Assembly: GCF_001194135.2 (NCBI RefSeq)
Contig: NC_068981.1
Span: forward strand, 35,673,757 to 35,737,756
DNA length: 64,000 nt
Source of the DNA: Octopus bimaculoides
Taxonomy: Eukaryota
Reading direction: 5' to 3'
Positions within the stretch are counted from its first letter, which is position 1. Each line of letters starts with the position of its first letter. The position numbers and the translations under genes were made by a program. The notes below the pieces were generated by a model, which saw only the letters and a program-made list of their open reading frames with translations, was not told where the DNA came from and did no database searches. This document shows positions 51,540 through 64,000 of the stretch, in pieces.

Positions 51540-52080
51540 GTAATCATCATTCATTTTACATCCATTTTCCATGCTTGTATGGACTGGATGGGTCCTCTCC
51601 AATATAGAATGCTACCATTTATTGCATTTCTTTATTATTTTCTTTTGTAAGGGTCAACATCCTGAGATTAGCTTTCACTACATCTGTCCCATGCCCTCTT
51701 AGGTCTTCCTCCTATACAGTTTTGTTCTACTTGAATCTCCTAGTTCTTTTTCATCCTCCATACACATCACATGTCCTTACCAACACAGTTGTCTCTCTTG
51801 CACATTACATCTGATTACCTTTGATTCCTCTTACCCCACCATTTTATCTCTCATCTCATCATGCACACTAAAATTACACATCCAGGTGAATATGCTTTCT
51901 TCATTTCTCTTCAGTTTGTGCACAACCTTTGCATTCAGTATCTGCAGTCCACTACCATTCAACATTGCATGACGTATACAAATGGTATACAAGCTGCTCT
52001 TCATGCAAAGAGAGAATTTGCTTGCTGGTAACACAGGTACTAGCTTCCTGAACTTTCTCCATCCTGTTCACATTCTGGTA
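51540..52080 (-). mobile_element. Older RTE copy (C-terminal region plus 3' tail)
   Basis: The minus-strand peptide LPASKFSLCMKSSLYTICIRHAMLNGS...KRNEESIFTWMCNFSVH is homologous to 27730-27900, with a GRPKRAW motif and a catggaaaatggatgtaaaatgaatgatgat tail. Confidence 0.8.
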
Positions 52081-52499
52081 CTATTTATTTATCATTAAAA
52101 ACACAATTCAAATGCGAGATTCACTTCTCTTGACCATGGAAAATCTAGAGGAATATAAACTTTTAGTTCTGTGACTAAAAACTTAATAGTTTTTCTTGTT
52201 TAAAATTCCCAAGTCATTGTGTTCAAGATTTCAGATGCAGTCTCAATCAATGAATTGTTGTTTTTAAGAGACTGCAGTAATTAATGGAATTTTATATAAT
52301 CATATATCCATGATATTTGAATATTGAAAAGAGGATAAGCCGGTCATTTTTGAAAGGGAGAAAAAATAAATACAAAAAAAAAAAATAACCTAACCAAACA
52401 AAATAGACCAGGCAGAGTTTGTATTTTCAAACTTTGGAATATTTGTATTCCTATTCTATCTTCTGACATGATTTCAATTGTAGTTTTTAAAGTATGTTC

Positions 52500-53520
52500 C
52501 TGGTGTTTAAGGTTGAATGCAGGGAGCTTTTTCTAGTAAAATGGGGCTCAATTTCAGATATTGATGTATTTTATAGGTAAACATTATAGGTAAAGATTTT
52601 GGTCCTAGAATATTGTCAACCATACAATGATAGCATATTTTGGAGGGTTTCAAATGGGCTTTGATTGGTGTGCATTTTGTAGTGTATAGCTGCAGAAACA
52701 AATGACTAATGTAGGTTGCAATTAGTAAGTGTTCCAATAGCTTCAACCACACCAGATGCCATGATCATTTATTGACTTAGCTCAGGATGCTACAAGATTC
52801 ATATAGCATAGATAGGTAAACTCATGTGGCATGACTTGTGTGTTTTGTATGTAGCAGTTGTTTTCTTTCCCTATGTACAGCTTGTTTGCTTTTTTACATA
52901 GCATTCCAACCTACTGTACAGTTCTATTATTGATTATAGATTTGAAGTATTCAGTTCATAACAGTTTGATTTTTATGGTGATATCTAAATATTCAAGTAC
53001 TTTTTTTTCATGGCTAGTTTGCAATTCACAGAATACAATTGAAAGTTTGGACTATTTTACTTTTGCTGATACCATCACTTGGTCCTTGGCTCAAATGTCA
53101 CTCCCCGCCCCCAATAAAAGGCTGTCCTAATCAGCTTTGCTAATATCTTTCAAAAAGCATTAAATATGTTCTCTTAATACACTGGTATCCTTATTAGACA
53201 CCATATGTGAATCTTATCCTAAAACCAAAGCTTTTTGCTTCTTTGTATGAATAAACACTCATCCAATTTCTGAATTTTTCTTTGTAATTTCTAAAAGCAA
53301 AAGCCTTACTAAATCATATATGGAAATTGGATCAAATGCTTTGGGGTAGTCAATATGTATTATACTATCTTATTGAATTGTTGAAGCATTTCAAACCAGC
53401 CCTTCCTATAGCTAAGGAGGTGTTTCATGCAATCTACTTGTTAAACAATATCATTCTCTTCCTTTGCAAACCATCATGTGGATACCAGAAATTCATCTTT
53501 GATGATTGGCTCTAACACTG
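52500..53520 (-). mobile_element. Highly degenerate CR1/L2-like LINE RT
   Basis: Minus-strand peptides are VLEPIIKD and IHIDYPKAFDPIS (compare IYLDFSKAFD.V), with a degraded PQGSVL-type region. There are many stops. Confidence 0.5.
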
Positions 53521-53862
53521 TGTACTAGACAATATTTTGAACAATATTTTTAGCATTTCTTGTACAATTCAATTAAAAATTATTGTAAGTTGAGTACCTT
53601 TCTTTAATGGCTTATTGCAAAGATAGTAAGAAAGTGAACAATAGGTAATTTACACAGTAAGACATAATAAAATAAAGTAAACAATTAAAAAGAAGCACAG
53701 ACAGTTTCCGAAACTGAAAATTAGATTTAATTAGCTTACTTAATAATGACCTAATATTTCCATTAAACATACTGAGTTGCTATGGAGAATATTATTCTCT
53801 ATAATTTCTATTCATTTCTTCAAGTTTTTCAAACAGGTAGCATCAGTCTTGTGAGAAATTCA

Positions 53863-53910
<48 letters not shown>

Positions 53911-56354
53911 CAATTTTTGAACTAATGTCCAAATTTGCATGTTGTACAGTAGGAAAAGTAAACAGATTTATATTTTAATTGAAATAGGAAGGAAAGAGGA
54001 AGGAACTACTGATAGCTTAACTTATTCCATCTTACAAGAAATATCAAAGATAAAAAGTAATGAAGAACAAGTAAAATCTAAACTAAAAACATTCTTCACC
54101 ACAACCTCCTCCACCAAATACAAAACAAATGAACAAACAAAACAACGCATTAATATATAATACACACTAATATTGACTCAGAAAGTAAAAGAAAAGACGT
54201 CTCTTGAATGAAATGTCAATCTGTCAGATTAGTTATAAATATATTTCCTTATCAGGTAATTTTCCAGTTGAGGAAATTTATGAAAATATTGCTTCTTTGA
54301 CAGAGCTAGGAAGGCTAGATAAAAGGAAGATAGATATATTTAGAAATAAAGACAGAGAGACACACAGATGTAGTGATAGTGACATAAGCAGTAACCAGGC
54401 TACAACAGTCAAGTATATCCAAGTAGAATTATTTCTACATTTTCTGCCGCCTGTAAAGATTTTTGACTGCTACTCATAACTGCTACTTGATCCGGTATTT
54501 AACTGACTGGTTGACACTTGTTTGCAAAGATGCATACCTCTAACCAAAAGTGTTTTATAAAGAAGAAGAAAAAAAGTTTTAATGAAGAAAACAGTTAAAA
54601 AATATCAAAATATCAAAGAGTAACTAAACAGAAATAACAAATAATAGGAGCTAAAACAAAAACACCACAAAAAAAAAACAAGAGACAAAGAAACTGAAAA
54701 GTGACAACAACATTTCCAGCAGCGATAAGATGATCCATCAAGTGCCATATTGGAAAGATCTTGATGTAGAATCTATTCAAGCTTTAAATGTTTATATTTT
54801 AATGCTAAATTTATTAATCAAGATTGTTTCTATAATTATTTATTATTTGTTAATGAAACTGTATGACTTTTTATTTTTTCTTTCTTTTGTTATCAAGAAG
54901 TTGAGGCCTTAAAAATATATCAAGAAATATTGGAATGTCTTGTTTTTTGCTTAATATTGAAGAGCTATTTAAGCCACAATATTTACTTCCAAGTATACTT
55001 TTACATGCTGAGACAGAACATAGAAAACTATCAAAGAATGCTCAGATTTGAAAAAGGCCCTTTCAGGCACACCATATTTATATATTGAGATGTGTTGCTC
55101 AAGTTAGGTCAGCTTCTATCTGTTGCTGGTAATATGTAACCCTGTACAACCTATTTTATAGCTGGGTTGTTGGCAACTAAACTATCAAGCCTAGTCTTTT
55201 TAGTGAGTGAGAAGGGGATGTAGGATCCAGCAGGATAAAACTAGCAGAGGGCAGAAGAGCATCTCACAAGGAAATCAACAGCCAACCATAACCAAAGAGG
55301 AGATAAACAATTCCAGGTTATTTGCTCAATGAAACACGACATGATGAAGCAGCAAAGTCTGTTAGATCATAGAATATAAATTTGATTAATTGAGAGTGAT
55401 GGATTTGCAGAACTGGTTGAGCATTAGAATAAATAATTTGTAATTTTTAGTTTAGCATCTCAAAGCTCTGAGCTCAAATTTTACTGAGGCTCAATTTGTC
55501 ATTTATCTTTTGTGACTTTTAGAATTGAGAATATAAGTAGCAGTAATATATTGTAGTCAATATATCTTATCAACCTCTTTTACCTTTTATACATATTCTA
55601 AAGAAATCTGTGTAACTGGTGTATTATGATTAAAATCCCATTGCCTGTAATATTCATTTACACTGAGTGTACAATCAGAAATGCAGTGAATCAGTGACTG
55701 GCCAATTGAAAGCCTATAACCAAGAACACTATTGTTCACCATTTTATGATATGAAAAAATAAAAAAATACTGAATCCATATATACATAAAATTGGCTTAT
55801 GTTGGTTTGGTTATATAATATCAATAAATGATAGATGTTAGGTCAAAAAGCATGATAAATTGATGGTAGTTAGTTGTATCATTGCAATGGAGGTAGAAAT
55901 ATGAAAAATATTGATGGAAATCAGTTAAGTCAGATGTGAAAATATTAGGCTTTGTGGATAAGATAAAACAAAACTGAAATATGTGGCAAGTTACCCTGTT
56001 GAAAGCTTATCTAATCCACACTAGCATGAAAAATATATCTTAAAATAATGATCATTCTTTTTCCTATTGACATTTATAAGCACAAGCAGAGCCATGTGGT
56101 TAAGAAGTTTGCTTCACAATAACATGGTCCCAGGCTCAATTCAATGAGAGTTTAAACAAGTGTCTTCTACAGCAGCTTGAGGTTGACCAGTGTTTTTTAG
56201 GTGTAATTTGGCAGATAACAACTATGGAGAAGTGTGTGTATACACACACACATGCACATATATGTATGTACATACATATGTACATCAATATCATCGTCAC
56301 CTTTTAACATCAATCTTCCAATACCATTCTGAATGACAAATACATATATAAATA

Positions 56355-56765
56355 TATCGTTTATCTTTTACTTGTTTCAGTCATCAGACTCTGGCCATGC
56401 TGGGGCACTACATTGAAGAATTTTAGTTGAGTAAATCGATCCCAGTACTTATTTTTTAATCCTGGTATTTATTCTGTCATTCTTTTTTGCTGAACCACTG
56501 CTAAATTATGGGGGACATAAACATACCAACATCAGTTGTCAAGCAGTGGTGGGGGACAAACACAGATACAAAACACACATACACACACTCTCATGTATAT
56601 ATATAAAAACAATGAGCTTTCAGTTTCCATGTACTAGATCCACTCACAAGGCTTTGGTTGGCCCAAGGCTATAGTAGAAGACATTTTGCCCAAGGTGCTA
56701 TGCAGCAAGACTGAACATGGAACCATGTGGTGGGGAAGCAAACTTCTTACCACACAGCCATGCCT
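56355..56765 (-). mobile_element. Near full-length tRNA-derived SINE (main family)
   Basis: The minus-strand head is aggcatggctgtgtggtaagaagtttgcttcc...ggttccatgttcagtc, followed by accttgggcaaaatgtcttc, an internal CA/TA microsatellite and a tail gactgaaacaagtaaaagataaa. Partial copies lie at about 8810, 9610, 10040, 12680, 20290, 22880, 29210, 37900, 45110, 48140, 48960, 49870, 56085 and 60733. Confidence 0.8.
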
Positions 56766-56983
56766 AGAGAGAGAGAACATATATAACAAGAGTACAATTA
56801 TTGGGCAAAGAGGAAACTAACAAACAAGTAAGGCAAGCCATGCTTGTTCTTGTAAATACTTAGACGTATAAAATGGAAAAAAAATAAAGACATATTGCAG
56901 GAGGAATAATATACAACAGAAACAGACAAGAATATAACATTTTAGGTGAGACTCTTTATCAAAGAGGTAGAATACACACACAT

Positions 56984-57023
<40 letters not shown>

Positions 57024-57494
57024 ACACACACACACAAACGTGTGCATGTGTTTGTGTCTGGTCCATGTCTGTTTTAGTTTACACTGGTTTTAATGAGCAG
57101 TGTTGTTTATGCTGTGTCCTTTGTATCCTGTAACCCAGTGCTTTGACAAATAGATGTCAATAAATTAAGTACCAGACTGAAATAAGTACTTGTATTGACG
57201 TGATTGACTAAAAACTCTTAAAGCCTTAAATTTAAGGCCACATTCCAGTGACTGAAACTAGTAAAAAAGAATAAAAAGAAATTGAAAATTTATTTGAAGG
57301 ATGATTTTAAAAACTTTTCTTATATATTTGATTTGTTGCTGCATAAAGTTATTCTAAATTTATCTTCTGAAGACATGAAAAAATAATAAATGTAGATAAA
57401 AAAATATTGTTAAATTATTATTTGTTGAGGATTTATATAAAACTTTCTTCTTCCGACATATATTTTGGGACATGTATGAATATATGTATGTATG

Positions 57495-57498
<4 letters not shown>

Positions 57499-57570
<72 letters not shown>
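57499..57570. repeat. (AG)n microsatellite
   Basis: Read directly from the sequence. Confidence 0.95.
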
Positions 57571-57574
<4 letters not shown>

Positions 57575-57818
57575 CAGACTATATTTTACATAGGGTTATA
57601 AAGTACTGAGGAAAGAGCAAGAGGTATGAATAGAATAAATTATAGTAACTTCATATTTCTGACCTTTCAGTCTAGCTTCCGTGGTCTTTGAATAAATCTA
57701 ATTAGTATGAACTTCTTATTCTGAGAATCACATATTCATGTATGAACACAAGGGTATAGATGAATCTGCATTCATATTTTTCACACACATACACAGATAT
57801 ATGTGGGTATATCTTTGG

Positions 57819-57850
<32 letters not shown>

Positions 57851-60239
57851 ATATACGTATGTATGCATATGTATATAAACACATATGTGTGAATATGTAT
57901 AAGGACTAACACCAACATGGAATTTTATTTAAAACAAATGTAAAAAAGAGCAAGGAGGTAGACAAGTTATGATATTAACAGATGAGAACTCTCATGTATA
58001 AACATGCACACTTATAAGCACACAATTACACACACACACACAGTCTATAGATACTGTTACTTACACTAACTGAATCATGAAAAGTTATATAAGTTAAATT
58101 TGAAGAAATGCAAAGTGCTAACCATTATCTGACATATTACACTCTTTGCTTTTCTATTAACAACTTTAAAATGATATTTCTGTCAGTCACCAGTAATTTA
58201 TTTTTGTGGAACAGCTGAAAAGGGGGCTGCTACCATAACAAGGTACATGAGAAAGGTCAACAGTGCATTTACTTGTCCATTTAATTGGCTTATATTGATT
58301 ACATTGACATATAGATAACTCTAACGCCTTGTCTGTGAACTGACGATGTACTATTGGTGCATGGAGGCATTATGAATCCATGCCTGGGAAGAAATGTTTT
58401 GCTATATTCACCACTGATTGCATTACTGTCTATAAAGATTAAGAATAAATTTTATGAGAACCTACAGTGTGAGAATATGTGTATCCCATCCCAAATGATT
58501 TGAAATCTCACATCTATTCCCATAGTTTCAATACATTGCATTATCAAAAGTGGTTAATTATAAACTTACAGTAACAGATTAAGCTTATCTATAGGAGAAT
58601 TGGTGGTAACATGTTAAACTATTAGCTAAATTAATCAGGTAAATAGATAATGAATGTAGAATATTGGCTCTTATTGAAAACACCTTGCCACTTCTTTTTA
58701 GCCAGTTCTCCTAAGTCAAGAAAATATTGAAAATACACAGAAAAATTGAAGGAAAATATCAAATACTGTATAATAGTTGTTGCTTATCCCCTAGTCAGCC
58801 CTGATCAATCAAACCTGTGACCAAAGATATTCCAGCTATTTTTTATATTTCTTAGACCTAGTGTATATGAGATTACTTACTCTAATGTGTTCATTTTCAA
58901 GACAGCAGGGTATAGTTTGAAAGATTTAGTTGTTATTTCTAGTTGGTCAAGCAACTATGGTGTAGTCACCTTCCTTGGATGATATTATGTAACTGGAGAA
59001 GGTTTTAAGCTTTACGAAACTCAATTTATCAACTAACAATATAAGTACCACGAGTAAACTATTATTGGTAGATAAGTTTTATTGCCAGTTTACTTAATAT
59101 TAGAAAAACCAGAAAACCATCTGTATTGCCAAGACTGAACTCAAATTTGAATTTGTGGAATAATCAAATCAAGGACTTCATTGTGGTTCAGTGTCTGCTT
59201 TGGCATGGTTTCTACAGCTGGATGCCCTTCCTAATACCAGCCCTTTTACAGTGTGTACTGGTTGCTTTTTTCATGCAGCTGGTACAAATGAGGTTGTCAT
59301 GTAGCTTGTAAAGCTATGAAACCTAAGGGTGGTGGACCTTTTAGCTGGAAGATGAGGGTTAAAGTATGAGAGAAAGGGTTGTGGTAGAGCAAGTTCTTGT
59401 AGAGGAGTTACATGGCTGTGAGTTACATAGCAGTGAGTGAGAATGAATCAGTAGTAGCTGTGAAGAGATAATGGTGATGAGATGTTCAGATGGCGCCTCA
59501 AGGCACAAGGTGAGTAGGTGACAGAGAAACTCAGTGTGTAAGTGGTGGGGGTTTGCAAAATGTGCATAAAGTGTAGTGCCATCTCTAGTAACTATTTATA
59601 ACATTTCTTCTCTTATTTCATTTAAAAACAATTTAACATACAGCATAATATAGAATTATATTATATAATGATTTTTTTCTTTAATGCCAACTTAAAATTT
59701 GATTTCTTGCCTGTGTTTTTGACAGTGAAAATGTACACTATACCGATAAGACATCCATATTTAACGACAATATAATTTTATCTACTCACAGAGGGTGGGA
59801 TTACTGATGCCAAACTTCAATATGTCTATAACAACTTGTCATATAACTTTACTGTAGTGAATTTTATTTTACCACACATTGCTTTCCTTACTCAAATATG
59901 TCTATATCTTTTGATGTAGTTCCATTCTATACTGAATGTGTCAAAATTTTGACATTTTATTGCAAAGAATTTGGGTTAAAATTATATTAAATTTTCCATT
60001 AAGCAAATGATAGTAAAAGTACATTATGAAATTCAAATGTTAGTTCACAAGATAGCCGAATTAAAGATGAATTTTTAAAAACTGAAATGTCATGAAAATC
60101 AGAATAAAAGAATATTTTTACCTTTTTTTTTTGTCAAACAATAGTAACAAATCCATATTTTTGAAAGACTGAATATTAAATTAGTAAAAAAACAACAATA
60201 CAAAACAAAAAAATAACTGTGACTATCAGAGCATATGTA

Positions 60240-60286
<47 letters not shown>

Positions 60287-60346
60287 NNNNNNNNNNNNNN
60301 NNNNNNNNNNNNNNNNNNNNNNNNNNNNNNNNNNNNNNNNNNNNNN

Positions 60347-60409
<63 letters not shown>

Positions 60410-62828
60410 CACACACATAGATATGTATGTATCATAAATGATATTTTTTCTCACTCTCAAACTGATGAAGAATAAGGATGCATAATATATTATGAAATTG
60501 TGTATGTGATGAGAAATGGCAAACGAGGAATCTGTGAAGAGCAGAGAAGAGGTGAGTGTGAAATATGGAATGTAGCAAGAGATAAAGAGATGTGGAATCA
60601 AATATACATTCTTAAAGAGTAGAGTAGAAACTGTTAGAGAGGGAGGGAAGGAGAGAAAGAGATGGGAGAGAGAGACAGAGAGATAGTGTGTGTGAGATTG
60701 TGCGTGCGTGTGCGTGTGTGCANNNNNNNNNNACCTTGTGAGTGAATTTGGTAGATGAAACTGTCAGAAGCCTACCATACATTTATAGAAAAGGTGGTAG
60801 GATGGGATTCAAGGAAAATTTTGATGATATTTCTATGAGGTTGAGTAACTGTTTAGAGGTTGTTACTGAAGAGAAATTTGTAATTCAAGGGATCTTCACG
60901 GTGACTTTACATTATTTAATGTTGCAAGAAGTAAAAGAATGCACAGTGGTTTGTTACTGTTGTCATTTAGCACCAGACCTGCTCAGTTTACTGATTGAGT
61001 AGATCCATAATCAAAAGGCACTCTAACCATGACCATTTCTATAAAAGTTTAATGTAGGTGGGCAACACTTGTATATACAAATACTTGGAAAAAAAGGACA
61101 TACTGAATGGGACAATATAAGAAAATACATTTAATAAACCACTCCACAAAATGAGTTTCTGTTTGATGAATATGATTTGCTTCCTTTTTTCTTTTTTTGT
61201 TATTGCTATTTTACAAACATGAGGAGGTGGAATACAAACACCATTCAGTGAAAGTGGGCATTGGGATGATCAAGATCAATATAATATAATTGCTACTGGT
61301 TTGATGATAATATGCATTTACCCTCATCATAGCAAATGTCACTTTAAATGCAGCTTTCTTGCTGGTTAGCAATGTTATGATAACAGGCTTCAATGTGATC
61401 AAGTTGGATGGGCAGAGAGAATGCAAAACCAAAACATATCTTGGCACAACTCAAATGGTGTACTTTCAGATAGAAATACACACACACACACACACATACA
61501 CACACACAAAAGCAAGCATACATGCATGCCCATTCAGAGAAAGCAAAATTAAAGCTAGTCTTGGAAGTGTCAGCTGTCAAAATTAAATTCACCCTACAGA
61601 AAGTATGGCTAATTAGAAGTCAAAATCATTATTGCTAATTAATTAAGAATAGATGTGAGGTATATGTAATTCCCTAAGGCATATTGATTTGTACACACAC
61701 ACTCACACACACATGCTCAAAAATGTTAAATATAGTAACAAGAAACTTAAAGTAGCTTGAAGACAGTATGTACATAAAGAATTATAATACACTGGTGTAT
61801 GTAATAATTCTATTAGAATGTCTATTTGATAAATAAGATTTGTCTTGAGAAAAATATTTTGTTGTCATTTGTTAATTCCTTTAACATTCATTTTCTATTA
61901 ATTTTTATACCTATTGTTCATGGTAGTATGAGTTAGGCAAATATATTATTGAAGCATTGTTTTACAGATGGATGTCCTTCCAGTTGCTTATCTTTACTTG
62001 TTTTTTTCTCAAATTAATAATCTCTTCTTTTCCTCTCCTTTTTAAAAGTGCAAAGCCAATGGAAGACTTGTTGACAAAATATAACAATATCACTGTAACT
62101 TATGATCTTTTGAGAAGAACAAATGCAAACAAACACAGACACTCATACATGCATACATTGCTTTATGGGACAACTCTTTTAGCAGAGCATGAGTGGGGAG
62201 AACAGGTGAGAGTGTGATGATTTTAGGTAAGGTAATGAGAGGAAGAGAGAAGTATGATGAGAGAGATAGCATTGTAGTTATGAGAGTTTAGTAGTTGAGA
62301 GAGTAACAGAGGCTTCACTATTGGGGTAGGAAGTATGGAAGGAAGAAGTTAGTGTTAGTGTTTGATGAAAAACAGAGTGGTGAGGATGAGGTGGATTGTG
62401 TAGAAAAGGTCCAGGACTATTCTACCTTGTAGGGTGAGTATGGATGGAAGGTGTGAGGGAAAGCAAACACAAAAGAGAGAAAACAGATGAAGGTAGCAAG
62501 AATCCAGAGTCAGTCACTGAAAGTGAGTTCTGAGAGTCATGGGAGGTAGGCCTGAGAAATGAAAATATTGAGGTAGCAGAGAGGCTGTGAAGAGAAAATG
62601 AGAAAATGAAGAAATGAAGGAGAGATGAATGGTAGTGGACAAGCAAGTGAGCACCACAAGTGGTAAAACAAGAGATATGAATGATTGTGTGTGTGTGTGT
62701 GTGCATGCGCACATGCATGTGTGTTACATGCATGTTTGTATATGTCAGTACAGAGAAGAGATATTTTATGTTCTAAACTGCAAATTATACCAACTTAAGA
62801 AAACAAACAATGAAATGAAGATGATGCA

Positions 62829-62869
<41 letters not shown>

Positions 62870-63559
62870 CATCATCATCAGCATTTATACCTATCTTTTA
62901 TGTTGGCATGCACAGGATGATTTGACAGGAGCTAGTAAGTTAGAGGATTATGTTTTGCTCCAATGTCTCATTTTTAGTATAATTTCTATGACCAGATGCC
63001 CTTCCTAACATGAGTCACTATAGACAGTATACTGGGTACATTTTTTATAGTACCTGCATAATAGAAGTTGCTTTACCATCAGTAAGATTAAAAAGCCCAT
63101 TACTTGAATCAATTGTTGATCACAATGTGTACTGAGTGCTTTTTGTAGAACCAACATTGTTGGGGCCACCTTGAAGCTTGCAAAGTAAAAGAGAGCCTCC
63201 TTGATGGATGGAACAGGTTTACTGTGAAAGAATAGTAATACAGAGATTAAGAGAGAGAACAGTGTTGCAGTAGGAGTAATAGAATGAGAAGACAGTAATA
63301 TCAGAAATTAGTGTGAAGGAGAAAGGGACAAATGGAATTGATAATGGGATTGGTTGAGTAGATGGACCTAGTTATGGGGTGGGTCAGTTCATATGTCATG
63401 TCAGCATGGGCTGTATGGTCCTAAGAGAGTTCTTATAGGAGTTACATAGATTCATAGTTGTGAGAGAGTGGTAGGGGAGAGATTAGTAGCAACAGAGTTA
63501 GGGAAGAAGCTAATTGGAGTGAAAGCGAAAAGTAGTGTCTGGGGATTCGTGAGAGAGAG

Positions 63560-64000
63560 TTAGAAGAGTGAGAGAATGTAATGACTTTCAGAATGTAATC
63601 TTGCTGAAATGATCTCATATGGATTAGTCTGGAGAAAGGGCAGTGCCCATTTTATTTACAGGCCTTCAAGACTGGTCAGCTTAATACATATCATTTGTTT
63701 ATGGTAGTATTTATATTTTGATTTCAGTGAGAAAAAACTCATGTAGGACAGGATTCTAGTAGGTTGGCATTCTGTGGAGAAAGGTCAGGTTGAAATGGTC
63801 GGAGCAGCACTTAGGCTCTAGGACACAGTAAACAAGACATGAATTACAGAGACAGGTGTGTCAGTGATTGGGTCATGCAATTTACTTGTGGTAGTTATAG
63901 AACAAGTAGAGAAGAGACAGTGTGTTAGTGACTGAGATTTTATCAACCAGTTAGCTAGTTGCATTTTGGGTTAAGTCAAGGATGTTCATGTGCAACCCAG
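63560..64000 (-). mobile_element. Possible LINE AP-endonuclease fossil
   Basis: The minus strand gives CSDHFNLTF (APE SDH motif), but the rest is heavily decayed. Confidence 0.3.

Noticed and set aside
55587-55787. ORF with VLGYRLSI, superficially FN3-like
   Set aside because: No acceptor in a usable position, and the FN3 Trp/Tyr spacing is absent.
59704-59919. Stop-free plus-strand frame after a good acceptor (ENVHYTDKTSIFND...)
   Set aside because: No recognisable domain and no good donor. It is within chance expectation.
1-64000. CRISPR array, operon, rRNA or true tRNA genes
   Set aside because: None seen. The DNA is eukaryotic and intronic, the 66-bp array has no unique spacers, and tRNA-like boxes belong to SINE heads.

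Overview
This is a 64-kb AT-rich, microsatellite-saturated eukaryotic window with 8 assembly N-gaps. The repeat families resemble those of Octopus genomes (inference from recalled repeat sequences, no search run). I can support only one host coding exon: 33615-33745 on the minus strand, 131 nt, with clean splice sites, encoding the start of a fibronectin type III domain like FN3 #3 of L1CAM/neuroglian. I found no neighbouring exon, so the window is probably two very long introns. The rest is transposon debris: a 5'-truncated RTE LINE whose RT carries an in-frame PHD-like zinc finger and a 66-bp tandem hairpin array in its 3' UTR; Penelope-like RT and GIY-YIG fossils; degenerate hammerhead-ribozyme motifs; a Buster/SPIN-type hAT transposase fossil with a related MITE; fragments of R4/Dong, CR1, I-group and Tigger elements; and many tRNA-derived SINE copies, some in close inverted pairs. 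Nearly all ORF-track entries are microsatellite or TE artefacts. I see no clear new biological system. The best leads are the PHD-in-RT architecture, the hammerhead relics and the isolated neural adhesion exon.
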